From assembly GCA_036149055.1 (NCBI GenBank), contig JAYZQJ010000145.1:1-26023 (forward strand): 26,023 nucleotides of DNA, given 5' to 3'. Below, piece by piece: positions 23,387-26,023 of this stretch (positions are counted from its first letter, which is position 1; each line of letters starts with the position of its first letter). The position numbers and the translations under genes were made by a program. The notes below the pieces were generated by a model that saw nothing but the letters and a program-made list of their open reading frames with translations, did not search any database and was not told where the DNA came from. The stretch comes from Myxococcota bacterium. Lineage in GTDB: Bacteria > Myxococcota_A > Polyangia > Polyangiales > Sandaracinaceae.

Positions 23387-24489
23387 CGGAGGGCGTGCCA
23401 CGCGACCGCCGCGAGCTGCGGGGGATCGAGGAGGGCGTTCGGGTAACTCACGTTCGAGGTCTCGCAGGTGCAGCGCTCGCGGCGGACCGCGTCGCGCGCC
23501 GCCTCGGCCCGCGGGCTGCGCCAGAGCGCCCGGAAGTCGAGGTCGAAGTCTCGCACGTTGCCCATCGCGTCGGCGCGCTGGGTCGAGGACCAGACGTCGC
23601 CCTTCGGCATGACCGCGCACGTCGCGAAGGCGCTGAAGCAGCGGTGCGCCACCGGCCCGTCGAGCCGCTCGAGCACCCCCGCGTAGTAGTGCCGGCGGAA
23701 CGCCTTCACGAGCGCGGGCACGCCGCGCCGGGGCTGCGCCTCGAGGCGCCGGGTCGCGTGGTCGAGGGCGGCGCGGACCGCGCGCGCGCCGGCGTCGAGG
23801 GCGACGTGGTCGTTGTGGTACTCGGGCCGGATCTGCGCCGCCTCGAGCACGTAGGAGTCGGGCCGCAGGGTGTCGAGCACGAAGTCGATCGTCTCGGGCA
23901 CGTGCGCGGCGTTGAACGCGGAGATCACGGTGTTGCAGCCGAAGGTGAGGCGCGGGTCGTCGAGCTCCCGCAGCGCGTCGGCGAGCTGGAGCACGCGATC
24001 GAAGTTGCCGTCGAAGCCGCGCACCCGGTCGTGGCGCGCGCCCACGCCGTCGAGGCTCACGTTGATCACCAGGCGCGTGTCCCCGAGGCCGTCGAGCATG
24101 CGCGCGATCCCGGTCCGGGCCGCGTGCACGAAGGTGCCGTTGGTGGGCACGTTGATGACCCGCGGGCGGGTCTCCTCGGCGAGCGCGATCGCGATGTCCG
24201 GGAAGTCCTTCCGCATGAACGGCTCGCCGCCGCTCAGGGTCACCCACTCCAGGCGGCCGATGCTCGCGAAGAGTCGCCGGTACTCCGCCAGCGTGAGCTC
24301 CCCGTCGGCGACCGACGGATCGTCGAGGTAGCGCGCTCCGATCTGGCAGGTCTGGCACCTCGAGTTGCACTTGTCGGTGACGACGAAGCTCATCGTCAGG
24401 GGGCGCAGGCGCGGCCAGCCCAGCTCCCGGAAGGCGTTGAAGAGCGGGATGCGCAGGAGCACCGAGGCGTCTCGCAGGCCGTGCCGCAT
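23383..24489 (-). CDS. Radical SAM protein with divergent SPASM/twitch-like C-terminus
   Basis: TDKCNSRCQTC (CxxxCxxC), LSGGEPF, PTNG, VSLDG, HDRVRG; C-terminal HRCFSAFATC..PKGDV..MGNV..W..RCTC; TGATG overlap with the upstream stop. Confidence 0.92.
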   Translation of the reverse strand: MRHGLRDASVLLRIPLFNAFRELGWPRLRPLTMSFVVTDKCNSRCQTCQIGARYLDDPSVADGELTLAEYRRLFASIGRLEWVTLSGGEPFMRKDFPDIAIALAEETRPRVINVPTNGTFVHAARTGIARMLDGLGDTRLVINVSLDGVGARHDRVRGFDGNFDRVLQLADALRELDDPRLTFGCNTVISAFNAAHVPETIDFVLDTLRPDSYVLEAAQIRPEYHNDHVALDAGARAVRAALDHATRRLEAQPRRGVPALVKAFRRHYYAGVLERLDGPVAHRCFSAFATCAVMPKGDVWSSTQRADAMGNVRDFDLDFRALWRSPRAEAARDAVRRERCTCETSNVSYPNALLDPPQLAAVAWHALR

Positions 24490-25874
24490 CACGCGCTCCG
24501 CTGCCGGGACCGCGCCGCTGGCTTCGGATCCGAGGTCGGATCCGACATGGGGGCGTCCGGGTGGAGGTAGAGGCTCGCCCACGGCGTGTAGAGGAGCGCG
24601 TAGCCGGCCGCGTGCAGCGTGTCGGCGAGCGCGTCCACGTCGCTCTTGAGGTCCGGGCCGCGCCCGAGCCCGCCGGCCTCGAGGTAGAGCTCGCGCTCGA
24701 GCAGGGCACACTGGAAGGGGAGCTGACGCACCTCGTGCACGTGGTCGCGCGGAGAGCGGCGCGGCCAGGCCAGGCGCCCGGAGGGCTCGAGGAGCTTCGG
24801 CGCCGCCGCGCCCACCCCGTCTCGGCCCGCCTGACGGACCAGCTCCGCGAGCCAGCCGCTCTTGACCACCTCGGCCTCGGGCAGGACCCAGCCCACGAAC
24901 GTCCCGCTCCGCTCGCGCAGCGCCCCGTCCAGGTGCGCGGCCAGCGAGAGGCGCCGGGCCGAGCGCGCGACCAGCCACTCGCCGGCGGGCACCGGAGGGC
25001 TGTCGGGCCCGACCGCGACCACGATCTCGACGCCGTCGTGCTCGGTGCGCCGCACCAGGGCCTGCAGGCAGCGCTCGAGCCGCTCGGCGGGGCCGACCGC
25101 CGGGACCACCAGGGTCACGTCCGCCGCGCGCGGCATGCGGTGCCGGACCCGGAAGGTCCCCGCCACCGCGCCGTGCTCCACCGTCGCCTCGAGCCGCCGC
25201 CGCCACAGCGCGTCGGAGAGCGCCCGCGCGCAGAGCTCGCCGTCCCGCCGCTCCGCCTCGACGCGATCGACGCTGCCACCCTTGAGCGGGCGGTAGCGCT
25301 GACAGAGCACGCGCTCGAGGTGGGCGACCTGCGCGCCCTCGGTCGCGTGGAGCGCCAGCTGATAGGAGAGGGGGCCAGCCGGCCACTCGCGGGCGCGCGC
25401 GTGATCGATCTCCACGCGGCTCCGGTGATAGAGCGCGCAGCGGCCGAGATAGGGGCGCGCGAGCAGCAGCTCCGGCGACCAGTCGGGCTTGCGGTCGACC
25501 GGCCGCGGCGCGTTGGTCTCGTCCACGTCCTGCTCGTCCGCGTAGACGACGTCGGCCCCCCGGTTGCGCGCGTGGGTGACCATCTCCGCCAGCGCGTCGG
25601 GGCGGAGGAGATCGCCGACGCCGAGCACCAGGACGTAGTCGGCGCGGTGGATCGCGTGGTGCTCGAACGGGTTGGCGGTGGCGCAGTCGATGACGTCCAT
25701 CGGGGCGCGGCCCTCGAGGCGCGTCTGGATCGCGGCGAGGCGCTCCGCGAGCGCGGGGGTGCTCGACTGGACGCCGATGACGAGGTCCCAGGCGTCGTAG
25801 TACTGGCGGGCCACCTGCTCGACCGTCCAGTCGAGCACGTCCGGGCCGTCGGGGGCGCGGGCCCGGCGCACCAC
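24489..25874 (-). CDS. Tandem GT2-like protein (degenerate); 5' end disrupted by a duplication and probably extends beyond the window
   Basis: ADVVYADE, KPDWSPELLL, HLERVL, VTLVVP, GWLAEL, VGAAAPKLL, LYTPWASLYL follow the tandem GT2 pattern of surface-polysaccharide enzymes. Confidence 0.7.
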   Translation of the reverse strand: MVRRARAPDGPDVLDWTVEQVARQYYDAWDLVIGVQSSTPALAERLAAIQTRLEGRAPMDVIDCATANPFEHHAIHRADYVLVLGVGDLLRPDALAEMVTHARNRGADVVYADEQDVDETNAPRPVDRKPDWSPELLLARPYLGRCALYHRSRVEIDHARAREWPAGPLSYQLALHATEGAQVAHLERVLCQRYRPLKGGSVDRVEAERRDGELCARALSDALWRRRLEATVEHGAVAGTFRVRHRMPRAADVTLVVPAVGPAERLERCLQALVRRTEHDGVEIVVAVGPDSPPVPAGEWLVARSARRLSLAAHLDGALRERSGTFVGWVLPEAEVVKSGWLAELVRQAGRDGVGAAAPKLLEPSGRLAWPRRSPRDHVHEVRQLPFQCALLERELYLEAGGLGRGPDLKSDVDALADTLHAAGYALLYTPWASLYLHPDAPMSDPTSDPKPAARSRQRSA

Positions 25875-26022
25875 CCCCCCCGGGGGCGCGTCGTCGGGGC
25901 GGGCGAGGCGCGCTCGCCCCAGCAGCGCGCCCAGCCGCGCACGTCCGGGCCGCCGTCGGCGCGGGCCAGGCGCACCACGCCGACGGTGGGCGCGTCGTCG
26001 AGGCGGGAGAGGCGCTCTCGCC
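25827..26022. repeat. Degenerate 92-bp direct duplication (25827-25918 and 25931-26022), period 104 bp
   Basis: The copies align without gaps; minus-strand translations are RERLSRLDDAPTVGVVRLARADGGPDVRGW and RARLARPDDAPPGGVVRRARAPDGPDVLDW. Confidence 0.85.
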
Positions 26023-26023
26023 A

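Noticed and set aside
23383..24489. RiPP maturase interpretation of the radical SAM gene
   Set aside because: No precursor peptide or PqqD/RRE domain nearby; neighbours are sugar enzymes. The Cys-rich 71-aa protein is 8 kb away and membrane-anchored.
1..26023. Mobile element, prophage or defence island
   Set aside because: No transposase, integrase, phage or defence genes recognised, and no obvious compositional break.

Overview
Very GC-rich bacterial window that looks like core chromosome. Gene style (TPR-PEGA proteins, Cys-lipoproteins, Pro-rich GAF protein) suggests Myxococcota; this is inference. About 21 protein genes; no rRNA, tRNA, CRISPR or mobile element seen. Left to right: GT4 glycosyltransferase (-); a + strand run of an 84-aa unknown protein, an Ig-like/cytochrome-c-like lipoprotein with a CX4CH motif, a DsbA-family protein and a TlpA-family protein; a repeat-rich intergenic region; a 701-aa GAF protein with six KKTIAYDA(K/R)ELGL repeats, divergent from a coupled run of atypical response regulator, pdxA and uvrA; a pirin with a Tat/lipoprotein signal; an acyl-CoA synthetase; a small Cys-rich membrane protein; a degenerate ATP-grasp protein; two TPR-PEGA proteins flanking a Zn-dependent deacetylase; and a - strand glycosylation cluster (degenerate GT2, radical SAM, NAD epimerase, TMTC-like GT-C/TPR, CslA-like GT2). 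The best candidates for undescribed biology are the glycosylation cluster, the GAF repeat protein with its divergent pseudo-receiver regulator, the CX4CH cytochrome/thiol-redox cluster and the exported pirin. The last ~200 bp look like an assembly artefact. All calls come from reading motifs by eye; no searches were run.
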